Origin: a virus
Lineage: Duplodnaviria; Heunggongvirae; Uroviricota; Caudoviricetes
Virus record (IMG/VR): IMGVR_UViG_2529292718_000010
Length of the DNA: 7,700 nt
Reading direction: 5' to 3' (one strand)
Program-made: the position numbers and the translations under genes
The notes under the pieces: model-generated
The model's input: the letters and a program-made list of their open reading frames with translations, nothing else
The model's database searches: none
What the model was told of the DNA's origin: nothing
Shown: one piece after another, positions 1 to 6,816 of the stretch
Layout: every line of letters starts with the position of its first letter
Position numbering within the stretch: the first letter of the stretch is position 1

Positions 1-851
1 TCCTGCGTGAAGCGCTGTTCCGGTGTCTGCCTGAACTGGCGAAGTTCTCGCCTGTCAGCAACGTCAGCCATCCACTGCTCCAGTAGCTGGTTAACATGGG
101 CGAAGCTGTCGAACCGGCGGTACCGGACGAAGAAGTTTTCCTTGAGGTATTTCACCATCCGTTCAACCTTACCTTTGGTTCTGGCCCTTCGTGGACGGCA
201 GGCCCGTGGCAGGAAGCCATAGTGATCGGCCAGCAGCAGGAACCCGGAGTTGAACACCACCTTCCCATTGTTATTTTTCAGAACTGCGGCTTTCTGGTTA
301 TCGACCAGCACGGTTTTCACGCTACCGCCGAAGTAGCGAAAGGCGCGGACCAGTGACTCATAGGTATGTTCAGCATCCTGCTTTGGTGCCGCGAAGACAT
401 GGAAGCGACGTGAGAACCCCAGCGTATTAACCGCGAAGTTAACCCTGCATCGTTGCCCGGCAACCTCAGCCTCAACTTCTCCCCAGTCATGCTGTAGCTG
501 GTAACCGGGCTGAGTTTCGAAGCGAACCGTTTTCTTCGATGGCCGCATCTTACGTTTGGGCTGGATGTAGTAGCGCAACATGGAACGGCCACCGGTATAA
601 CCCATCGCTTTGATTTCCGCCAGGATGACCTCGCCGTTCCAGACGTTCTCAGCCAGACGCATATCTATATAGTCCATGAACGGCTTGAGTTTGGCCATTT
701 TGTGGCGTGTTTTTCTGGCCGGAGGTTCCGGGTATTTCAGGTACCGTCTGACGGTCCGCTCAGAGCAACCAACCTGAGTGGCAATATCAACAATATACGC
801 ACCTTGCTGGCGCATTTGCTTTATCATGTAAAAATCCTCTCTGCTCAGCAT
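1..851 (-). CDS. istA: IS21-family transposase IstA, N-terminal 283 codons (3' end outside window)
   Basis: Manual minus-strand translation: MLSREDFYMIKQMRQQGAYIVDIATQVGCSERTVRRYLKYPEPPARKTRHKMAKLKPFMDYIDMRLAENVWNGEVILAEIKAMGYTGGRSMLRYYIQPKRKMRPSKKTVRFETQPGYQLQHDWGEVEVAGQRCRVNFAVNTLGFSRRFHVFAAPKQDAEHTYESLVRAFRYFGGSVKTVLVDNQKAAVLKNNNGKVVFNSGFLLLADHYGFLPRACRPRRARTKGKVERMVKYLKENFFVRYRRFDSFAHVNQLLEQWMADVADRRELRQFRQTPEQRFTQ... with no stop. N-terminal HTH followed by a DDE-type core is typical of IstA. Missing from the ORF track only because no stop codon lies in the window. Confidence 0.8.
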   Translation of the reverse strand, partial: MLSREDFYMIKQMRQQGAYIVDIATQVGCSERTVRRYLKYPEPPARKTRHKMAKLKPFMDYIDMRLAENVWNGEVILAEIKAMGYTGGRSMLRYYIQPKRKMRPSKKTVRFETQPGYQLQHDWGEVEAEVAGQRCRVNFAVNTLGFSRRFHVFAAPKQDAEHTYESLVRAFRYFGGSVKTVLVDNQKAAVLKNNNGKVVFNSGFLLLADHYGFLPRACRPRRARTKGKVERMVKYLKENFFVRYRRFDSFAHVNQLLEQWMADVADRRELRQFRQTPEQRFTQ

Positions 852-952
852 GAGTGTTCCCTTTGTGGTGTAGGAACCTTAAGGAAACAACATGTTGGGT
901 GGAGCGGACAATCCAAATGGTGAATTACTGTCTTATATCATTGGCGCTGACA
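1..952 (-). mobile_element. IS21-family insertion sequence, partial (left end plus 5' part of istA); continues beyond window start
   Basis: Minus-strand translation from ATG at 851 is open for 283 codons to the window edge and reads as IstA-like transposase (see istA feature). The non-coding end 852-952 terminates with TGTCAG on the minus strand exactly where integrase homology stops. Outer boundary is approximate (about +/-10 bp). Confidence 0.7.
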
Positions 953-1945
953 TAATGGGACGCCTGACTGAATCAGCCAGCTTGCCCAGGTGTGTCTGAG
1001 GTCATGGAAACGGAAATCTTCAATTCCTGCACGACGACAAGCTGATAGCCATGATGTCTTGCTGTCGATGCGCATCTTCCTGACCGCAGGCGTTGATGTT
1101 CCATCTGCTCGCTTAGCCGCCTTGGTATGTACAAACACCCATTTGTGATGCTTGCCTATTTGATCACGCAACACTTTACAGGCGGTATCGTTCAGCGCCA
1201 CACCAATGGCGCGGTTTGATTTGCTCTCTTCTGGATTCACCCAGGCAACTCGTCGCTGCATGTCGATTTGTTGCCATTCCAGATTTATGATGTTCGACTT
1301 TCTCAGACCAGTTGCCAGCGCAAACTTGACGACAGATTTCAGTGGTTCGGGGCACTCATCAATAAGGCGTTTTGCTTCCTCCTTTTCCAGCCATCTGACT
1401 CGCTTGTTTCTGACCGCTGGTATCTTGATGACAGGCGCTTTTTCCAGCCACTTCCAGTCGCGTTCTGCAGCACGGAGAATGGCCTTTATCATGGCAAGAT
1501 GCTTTGCCTTTGTCTGAGTTGATACTGGCTTTGGTTCATAAACAGGCGGTTCTTTACCTTTCCTGATGGCGGCCTGAACTTTCTGTTTCCATATTTCTTT
1601 CGTCTTTCTGTTATGCATTCTGCTTACAGCAGAGTAAATCTTTGCCTCCGAGATATCTTTAAGCCTTATACCCTCAAAATGTTCAAGCCAGAACTCAATC
1701 CGGCTTTTATCTGAATCGAGAGATTTTTTATCAGCTTTTTCCTCAAGCCATCTTAGGCAGGCCTCTTCAAAAGTGACATCAGGTAAATCCCCTAGCTTTT
1801 CTACTCGCCAGAGTTCTGCTTTTCGCTTGTCGTGCAACTCCTGAGCTTGCCGCTTGTCCTTTGTGCCAAGAGATTCCTTAATTCGTTTCCCGCCCGGGAG
1901 CGAATACGAGGCATACCATATTTCATTTCTGCGGAAGAGTGACAT
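938..1945 (-). pseudogene. intD: Phage tyrosine integrase (DLP12 IntD-like), 3'-truncated by the IS21-family insertion
   Basis: 335-aa ORF with a phage-integrase N-terminus ([34 protein letters not shown]...) and the conserved [18 protein letters not shown] box, then only CQRQ-stop, which is read from IS sequence. The downstream LLGH...Y catalytic tyrosine segment is absent. Strong RBS (AGAGGAAAG) before the ATG at 1945. The intD symbol is by family and context, not verified. Confidence 0.85.
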
Positions 1946-2172
1946 TTTCTTTCCTCTGTTATGCCATCACCCGCGCTCACCTGGACAGTATGCAGCGGAG
2001 ACTGAAGCGCCGCAATGCAGGCTTGCCGTGTTGTGAGGTAAGGAGATTTTGGCTTGGTTGGATCTTTACGTGTTGCCTGTAGGCGGCCTGTTCGTATCCA
2101 GTTGGTGGCGGTTGGTCTGGATATCTTAAGAAACTGACAGGCCTCATCGAGTGTGAGGCTGTATGATTCCAT
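1801..2172 (-). CDS. xis: Excisionase-like protein (lambda Xis-type), 123 codons with an unusually long C-terminal extension
   Basis: ORF-track 133-aa ORF trimmed to the Met with a good RBS (AGAGGT, 5 nt spacing): [31 protein letters not shown]... resembles the lambda Xis N-terminal pattern. Lies immediately upstream of int on the same strand. The 3' end overlaps int by 145 bp. Confidence 0.6.
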   Translation of the reverse strand: MESYSLTLDEACQFLKISRPTATNWIRTGRLQATRKDPTKPKSPYLTTRQACIAALQSPLHTVQVSAGDGITEERKCHSSAEMKYGMPRIRSRAGNELRNLLAQRTSGKLRSCTTSEKQNSGE

Positions 2173-2422
2173 GGTTACCTCTGCTTTTTGAACGCATGTC
2201 ACGTAACTTCTTAATGTGTTCTGCCGTTTCGATCTCTTCTGCTATCCGATCTGCATCAGCTTTATTCACAGGTTCAAAGTCATGATTAAAGCGGAACATG
2301 CTGGCGATACATGTTCTGCCTTTTCGGATGTAGTGAACTTTGTTGTGGGTAGAACGCAGGATTTTGCAGGGAGTGCCGTGGTGGTCGACGTACCAGGTGT
2401 TAGGCAAAATGATTCTGAACAT
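2144..2422 (-). CDS. Hypothetical small protein (92 aa), first gene of the ORF92-xis-int string
   Basis: ORF MFRIILPNTWYVDHHGTPCKILRSTHNKVHYIRKGRTCIASMFRFNHDFEPVNK... with RBS AGGTG 5-6 nt upstream of the ATG. Overlaps the xis start by 29 bp, consistent with translational coupling. Family not recognised with confidence. Confidence 0.45.
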   Translation of the reverse strand: MFRIILPNTWYVDHHGTPCKILRSTHNKVHYIRKGRTCIASMFRFNHDFEPVNKADADRIAEEIETAEHIKKLRDMRSKSRGNHGIIQPHTR

Positions 2423-2435
2423 TTTTACACCTCAG

Positions 2436-2495
2436 TTGGAAGGTATGGCGAAAACACAGGTTATGTGGCTGAAAGAGGGGATTATTAAGGCGTGA
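2436..2495 (+). pseudogene. ybcO: 3' remnant of a ybcO-like (DUF1364) gene
   Basis: In-frame reading ends ...[19 protein letters not shown]-stop, matching my recollection of the YbcO C-terminus (...LEGMARTQVIWLKEGVIKA). Further upstream in the same frame the sequence is unrelated and hits a stop at 2334-2336. The stop (2493-2495) overlaps the rusA GTG start (GTGA), a typical coupled junction. Confidence 0.4.
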
Positions 2496-2854
2496 ATACC
2501 TACAGTATCACATTCCCCTGGCCTCCGAGCAATAATCGCTATTCCCGCCATAATCGCGGGCGCACGCACGTCAGCGCAGAGGGGCAGGCATACCGCGATA
2601 ACGTCGCCAGAATCATTAAAAACGCAATGCTGGATATCGGCCTGGCTATCCCTGTGAAAATCCGCATTGAGTGCCACATGCCGGATCGCCGTCGCCGTGA
2701 CCTGGATAATCTGCAAAAAGCCGCTTTTGACGCACTCACTAAAGCAGGTTTCTGGCTGGATGATGCTCAGGTCGTTGATTACCGCGTTGTGAAGATGCCT
2801 GTTACCAAAGGTGGGAGGCTGGAACTGACCATCACCGAAATGGGGAATGAATGA
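2492..2854 (+). CDS. rusA: Holliday junction resolvase RusA
   Basis: 120-aa ORF from a GTG start: [120 protein letters not shown], recognised as RusA. Length and position upstream of Q fit the nin region. Confidence 0.9.
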   Translation: MNTYSITFPWPPSNNRYSRHNRGRTHVSAEGQAYRDNVARIIKNAMLDIGLAIPVKIRIECHMPDRRRRDLDNLQKAAFDALTKAGFWLDDAQVVDYRVVKMPVTKGGRLELTITEMGNE

Positions 2855-2991
2855 TGTTTGAGTTTAATATGGCAGAACTTCTTCGCCACCGCTGGATGCG
2901 CCTGCGCTTATATCGTTTCCCCAGTTCTGTTTTGACCGATTACCGAATACTGAGGAATTACGCCAAAACCCTGACAGGAGCAGGAGTATGA
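2851..2991 (+). CDS. ylcG: Small nin-region protein YlcG-like (46 aa)
   Basis: ATG overlaps the rusA stop (ATGA). Translation [46 protein letters not shown] matches my recollection of DLP12 YlcG. Below the ORF-track size cutoff, so found by hand. Confidence 0.6.
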   Translation: MMFEFNMAELLRHRWMRLRLYRFPSSVLTDYRILRNYAKTLTGAGV

Positions 2992-3076
2992 AGTCAGAGA
3001 TAACAATCAACTAATACTGTTTTATTGATTTTTGCTTGTAATTGGCGTTCTGGTCTGATTTTTGTGGAGTAAGTTG

Positions 3077-3460
3077 ATGCGTGATATTCAGATGGTTCTT
3101 GAGCGTTGGGGAGCGTGGGCGGCTAATAATCATGAAGATGTGACCTGGTCGTCCATTGCCGCCGGTTTTAAGGGATTAATTACTTCAAAAGTAAAATCTC
3201 GCCCGCAATGTTGTGACGATGACGCGATGATCATTTGCGGGTGCATGGCCCGTCTGAAAAAGAACAACAGCGATTTGCACGATTTATTAGTAGATTATTA
3301 TGTAGTCGGTATGACATTCATGTCACTGGCAGGTAAGCATTGCTGCTCTGATGGTTATATCGGGAAAAGGTTACAGAAGGCTGAGGGCATAATTGAAGGG
3401 ATGTTAATGGCATTAGATATCCGGTTAGAGATGGATATCGTTGTTAATAACTCTAATTAA
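3077..3460 (+). CDS. quuD: Late-gene antiterminator Q (QuuD-like)
   Basis: ORF-track ORF trimmed to the ATG at 3077 with RBS GGAGTAAG: [64 protein letters not shown]... (127 aa). Cys-rich, and sits between the nin genes and the lysis cassette as in lambdoid phages. Confidence 0.85.
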   Translation: MRDIQMVLERWGAWAANNHEDVTWSSIAAGFKGLITSKVKSRPQCCDDDAMIICGCMARLKKNNSDLHDLLVDYYVVGMTFMSLAGKHCCSDGYIGKRLQKAEGIIEGMLMALDIRLEMDIVVNNSN

Positions 3461-3477
3461 TATGCCAATTGTTTACT

Positions 3478-3511
3478 AAAAATTATTAAAAATGGGGCGT
3501 TGAGACGCCCC
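3478..3511 (-). terminator. Intrinsic terminator for minus-strand transcription (candidate nmpC terminator)
   Basis: Stem GGGGCGT (3494-3500), loop TGAG, stem ACGCCCC (3505-3511). On the minus strand it is followed by ATTTTTAATAATTTTT. Confidence 0.45.
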
Positions 3512-3599
3512 CAAAAATAAAGGGTAATATATAACAGAAGGTTTATATAGTTAGAAGCAAGGTTGTGCTTCTAAAGGAAGTGGCTTGAGGGAGCCACTT

Positions 3600-3639
3600 A
3601 TATGTTGGGGAGGCAAAGCCTCCCGCAACATATCTTTTT
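3600..3639 (+). terminator. Intrinsic terminator for plus-strand transcription downstream of Q (tR'-like)
   Basis: 15-bp stem with one bulge (ATATGTTGGGGAGGC / GCCTCCCGCAACATAT), AAA loop, followed by CTTTTT at 3634-3639. It lies 11 bp from the nmpC stop on the opposite strand. Confidence 0.55.
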
Positions 3640-3649
3640 CGTAATCAGA

Positions 3650-4732
3650 TTAGAACTGATACACCAGACCTACAGCGACGATGTCGTCGGTATCAATACC
3701 AGCTGTTTTGGTAAACTTACTATCGTCAATTAAGTTGATTTTGTAATCAACAAAAGTGGACATGTTTTTATTAAAGTAGTAAGTAGCACCGACATCGACA
3801 TACTTGACTAAGTCTCGGTCACCATGAACACCAAGGTCTTTACCTTTTGACTGAAGGTAAGCAACAGATGGTCGCAGACCGAAGTCAAACTGATATTGTG
3901 CTACTGCTTCAAAGTTTTGTGCTTTGTTTGCAATATGGTTATTACCAAAAACGGTCATATTCTGAGTTTCAGAATATGTGGTAGCCAGATAGATATTGTT
4001 CGCATCATATTTCAGGCCTGCAGCCCATACTTCCGCATTTTTGCCGGAGGCATTGAATTTGCTCTTACCATAGGCGACCTGACCGTCAGTGCGATCTGAT
4101 TTAGCATAGGTTGCACCCACGCCGAATCCTTCATACTCATAAGTAGTGGAGAAACCGAAACCATCACCATTGGCTTCAGTTACGTCAGTGCGGTCATTTT
4201 TACCCTGATACTGAGCAGCAAAGTTCAGGCCATCGACCAGACCAAAGAAGTCGTTGTTACGATAGGTTGCAACACCAGTGGTGCGACCAGTCATGAACAC
4301 ATCTGTTTGGGTCCAGGTATCGCCACCGAATTCTGGCAGAACGTCAGTCCACGCACCGATGTCGTATGCTACCCCGTAGTTACGGCCGTAATCGATTGAG
4401 CCGTAGTCACCGAATTTCAGGCCTGCAAATGCAAGACGGGTTTTGTCTTTGGAGGAACCTTGAGATTCAGCGCGGTTGCCTTTGAATTCATATTCCCACT
4501 GACCGAAACCAGTCAGTTGATCGTTGATTTGGGTTTCACCTTTGAAGCCAAGACGGGCATAAGTAGTATCACCATCATCTGCATCGTTAGAGGAAAAGTA
4601 GTGCTTGGCATTAACTTTCCCGTACAGATCCAGCTTGTTACTGTCTTTATTATAAATTTCAGCTGCCTGAGCAGACATCGTCATCAGTACTGATGCAGCT
4701 ACAGCAGAAATTGCCACTGTTAATTTTTTCAT
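3650..4732 (-). CDS. nmpC: Phage-encoded general porin (NmpC/Lc/OmpD-type), apparently intact
   Basis: 360-aa ORF with signal peptide [23 protein letters not shown], a Gly/Tyr/Asp-rich beta-barrel composition and the C-terminal ...VGLVYQF aromatic end typical of outer-membrane porins. Located between Q and the holin on the opposite strand, as in DLP12/PA-2. Confidence 0.9.
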   Translation of the reverse strand: MKKLTVAISAVAASVLMTMSAQAAEIYNKDSNKLDLYGKVNAKHYFSSNDADDGDTTYARLGFKGETQINDQLTGFGQWEYEFKGNRAESQGSSKDKTRLAFAGLKFGDYGSIDYGRNYGVAYDIGAWTDVLPEFGGDTWTQTDVFMTGRTTGVATYRNNDFFGLVDGLNFAAQYQGKNDRTDVTEANGDGFGFSTTYEYEGFGVGATYAKSDRTDGQVAYGKSKFNASGKNAEVWAAGLKYDANNIYLATTYSETQNMTVFGNNHIANKAQNFEAVAQYQFDFGLRPSVAYLQSKGKDLGVHGDRDLVKYVDVGATYYFNKNMSTFVDYKINLIDDSKFTKTAGIDTDDIVAVGLVYQF

Positions 4733-5320
4733 CGTGAGCCCTTTTTTTTGAACTATTATTAAAAAATGATGTCACTGCGCGATAAATATTCATCTAATCA
4801 ATGTGATTATTTCAAGATGTAAGTTTTAGTTTCTCATTTAATTTGTGAAGTAGATCTCTATTTTTATCTGAACTTTTTCTATCGAAACCTATTTATAGCT
4901 CTTATTTGAACAAAAATAAACCTATTAGCTAATTTATATTAATGGCTGTTATTTATGGGGGTTCTATAATTCGGTGGTTTAATTTAAATCAACTAAAAAT
5001 AACGCCGGAAATTATTTATTGGTTATTTGTTGAGGTTTTCTTATATATTTGTGGTGGTGTTTTGAACACTCGGTAGCATTCTCATAAATATCATTCAGTG
5101 GTTTACGTACGTAAAAAATTGGTTATGCTGTTAAGAGTGGTTACTTCGTCACACAGCTTAAACCCGCCGTCGAGCTGGTTTTTCCATTTTTTGAGTCTCG
5201 ATATTAGCTGATAACTCAATACCTGAGTTATTCACTGACTCCGAGTCTGTTACGTTTCTGCTTTTTTGCGATACGTTGTATTCCCTCAATTTACACCCGC
5301 TTTGTCTGCGAGGTGGGGTT
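4733..5320. promoter_or_regulatory. AT-rich intergenic region holding the nmpC promoter (minus) and possibly late-operon control elements (plus)
   Basis: About 590 bp of strongly AT-rich non-coding DNA between the divergent nmpC and essD starts, with no ORF of 60 aa or more. Contains a 14-bp perfect palindrome TTTACGTACGTAAA at 5102-5115. Exact promoters not resolved. Confidence 0.4.
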
Positions 5321-5536
5321 ATGAAATCCATGGATAAGTTAACAACGGGTGTCGCCTATGGCACCTCAGCAGGTAGTGCCGGTTACTGGTTTTTACAGCT
5401 GCTCGATAAAGTCACGCCCTCACAGTGGGCAGCAATAGGTGTGCTGGGTAGCCTGGTATTTGGCCTGCTGACGTACCTGACAAACCTTTATTTCAAGATT
5501 AAAGAAGATAAGCGCAAGGCTGCGAGAGGTGAATAA
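5321..5536 (+). CDS. essD: Class II holin (S21-type pinholin) with dual-start motif
   Basis: [71 protein letters not shown] (71 aa): two TMDs, the first Gly/Ala-rich. Met1/Met4 (MKSM) is the classic holin/antiholin dual start. RBS GAGGTGG. The ORF-track start at 5276 is a TTG extension. Stop overlaps the endolysin ATG. Confidence 0.9.
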
Positions 5537-6033
5537 TGCCTCCATCATTACGAAAAGCCGTTGCTGCTGCTATTGGTGGCGGAGCAATTGCTATAGCATC
5601 AGTGTTAATCACTGGCCCAAGTGGTAACGATGGTCTGAAAGGTGTCAGCTACATACCATACAAAGATATTGTTGGTGTATGGACTGTATGTCACGGGCAT
5701 ACAGGAAAAGACATCATGCTCGGTAAAACGTATACCAAAGCAGAATGCAAAGCCCTCCTGAATAAAGACCTTGCCACGGTCGCCAGACAAATTAACCCGT
5801 ACATAAAAGTTGATATACCGGAAACAACGCGCGGCGCTCTTTACTCGTTCGTTTACAACGTGGGCGCTGGCAATTTCAGAACATCGACGCTTCTTCGCAA
5901 AATAAACCAGGGCGATATCAAAGGCGCATGTGATCAGCTACGTCGCTGGACATATGCTGGCGGTAAGCAATGGAAAGGTCTCATGACTCGTCGTGAGATT
6001 GAGCGTGAAATCTGTTTGTGGGGTCAGCAATGA
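5536..6033 (+). CDS. rrrD: SAR endolysin (T4-lysozyme family, R21/RrrD-like)
   Basis: 165 aa. N-terminal signal-anchor-release domain [20 protein letters not shown], then the lysozyme core ...[25 protein letters not shown]. Codon 35 is AAA (Lys), see findings. Confidence 0.9.
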   Translation: MPPSLRKAVAAAIGGGAIAIASVLITGPSGNDGLKGVSYIPYKDIVGVWTVCHGHTGKDIMLGKTYTKAECKALLNKDLATVARQINPYIKVDIPETTRGALYSFVYNVGAGNFRTSTLLRKINQGDIKGACDQLRRWTYAGGKQWKGLMTRREIEREICLWGQQ

Positions 6034-6491
6034 ACAGAGTAACCGCGATTATCTCCGCTCTGGTTATCTGCATCATCGTCTGCCTGTCATGGGCTGTTAA
6101 TCATTACCGTGATAACGCCATTACCTACAAAGCCCAGCGCGACAAAAATGCCAGAGAACTGAAGCTGGCGAACGCGGCAATTACTGACATGCAGATGCGC
6201 CAGCGTGATGTTGCTGCACTGGATGAAAAATACACGAAGGAGTTAGCTAATGCGAAAGCTGAAAATGATGCTCTGCGTGATGATGTTGCCGCTGGTCGTC
6301 GTCGGTTGCACATCAAAGCAGTCTGTCAGTCAGTGCGTGAAGCCACCACCGCCTCCGGCGTGGATAATGCAGCCTCCCCCCGACTGGCAGACACCGCTGA
6401 ACGGGATTATTTCACCCTCAGAGAGAGGCTGATCACTATGCAAAAACAACTGGAAGGAACCCAGAAGTATATTAATGAGCAGTGCAGATAG
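6030..6491 (+). CDS. rzpD: i-spanin Rz
   Basis: ATG overlaps the endolysin stop (ATGA). [55 protein letters not shown]... (153 aa): N-terminal TMD plus coiled-coil periplasmic domain, lambda Rz-like. The ORF-track start at 6018 is an upstream alternative start. Confidence 0.85.
   Translation: MNRVTAIISALVICIIVCLSWAVNHYRDNAITYKAQRDKNARELKLANAAITDMQMRQRDVAALDEKYTKELANAKAENDALRDDVAAGRRRLHIKAVCQSVREATTASGVDNAASPRLADTAERDYFTLRERLITMQKQLEGTQKYINEQCR
6250..6432 (+). CDS. rzoD: o-spanin Rz1, embedded in the +1 frame of Rz
   Basis: [60 protein letters not shown] (60 aa): lipobox VVGC, proline-rich. Strong SD AAGGAG 7 nt upstream. Entirely inside Rz, the classic embedded arrangement. Confidence 0.8.
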   Translation: MRKLKMMLCVMMLPLVVVGCTSKQSVSQCVKPPPPPAWIMQPPPDWQTPLNGIISPSERG

Positions 6492-6522
6492 AGCTGCCCA
6501 TATCGATGGGCAACTCATGCAA

Positions 6523-6816
6523 TTATTGTGAGCAATACACACGCGCTTCCAGCGGAGTATAAATGCCTAAAGTAATAAAACCGAGCAATCCATTTACGAA
6601 TGTTTGCTGGGTTTCTGTTTTAACAACATTTTCTGCGCCGCCACAAATTTTGGCTGCATCAACAGTTTTCTCCTGTCCAATTCCCGAAACGAAGAAGTGA
6701 TGGGTGATGGTTTCCTTTGGTGTTACTGCTGTCGGTTTGTTTCCAACAGTAAACGTCTGTTGAGCACATCCTGTAATAAGCATTGCCAGAGCGGCAGAAA
6801 ACAACATTTTTTTCAT
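6523..6816 (-). CDS. borD: Bor outer-membrane lipoprotein (serum-resistance factor)
   Basis: ORF-track 113-aa ORF trimmed to MKKMLFSAALAMLITGCAQQTFTVGNKPTAVTPKETITHHFFVSGIGQEKTVDAAKICGGAENVVKTETQQTFVNGLLGFITLGIYTPLEARVYCSQ (97 aa). Lipobox LITGC, RBS AGGA. Convergent with Rz. Confidence 0.9.
   Translation of the reverse strand: MKKMLFSAALAMLITGCAQQTFTVGNKPTAVTPKETITHHFFVSGIGQEKTVDAAKICGGAENVVKTETQQTFVNGLLGFITLGIYTPLEARVYCSQ

Noticed and set aside
7-923. Plus- and minus-strand ORFs from the track (7-222 +, 96-356 +, 317-592 -, 702-923 +)
   Set aside because: All lie inside the IS21-family istA region in other frames or on the opposite strand. The real gene is the long minus-strand frame open to the window edge. 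These have no RBS support and no recognisable family.
1206-2036. Plus-strand ORFs 1206-1517, 1268-1522 and 1854-2036
   Set aside because: Antisense to the integrase and xis genes; typical shadow ORFs within a well-supported coding region.
2216-2739. ORFs 2216-2488 (+), 2432-2716 (-) and 2539-2739 (-)
   Set aside because: The first is antisense to ORF92, the others antisense to rusA. Translations are low-complexity or Arg-rich with no family resemblance.
2988-3014. Tiny [11 protein letters not shown] after ylcG with an AGGAG motif upstream
   Set aside because: The AGGAG is only 1 nt from the ATG, too close for a functional SD, and the ORF is 8 codons. Most likely chance.
3896-4693. Plus-strand ORFs 3896-4099 and 4460-4693
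   Set aside because: Antisense to the porin gene; hydrophobic shadow-frame translations.
5276-5320. Upstream TTG extension of the holin ORF (track start 5276)
   Set aside because: The RBS GAGGTGG sits immediately before the ATG at 5321 and the product from 5321 matches the 71-aa S21-type holin. The extension has no support.
6496-6511. Short hairpin GCCCAT-ATCG-ATGGGC between the convergent Rz and bor genes
   Set aside because: Only a 6-bp stem with no U-tract on either strand, so not convincing as a terminator.
5605-6542. Minus-strand ORFs 5605-5790, 6125-6316 and 6330-6542
   Set aside because: Antisense to the endolysin and Rz/Rz1. The Gly-run in the 6330-6542 product is just the complement of the Rz1 proline codons.
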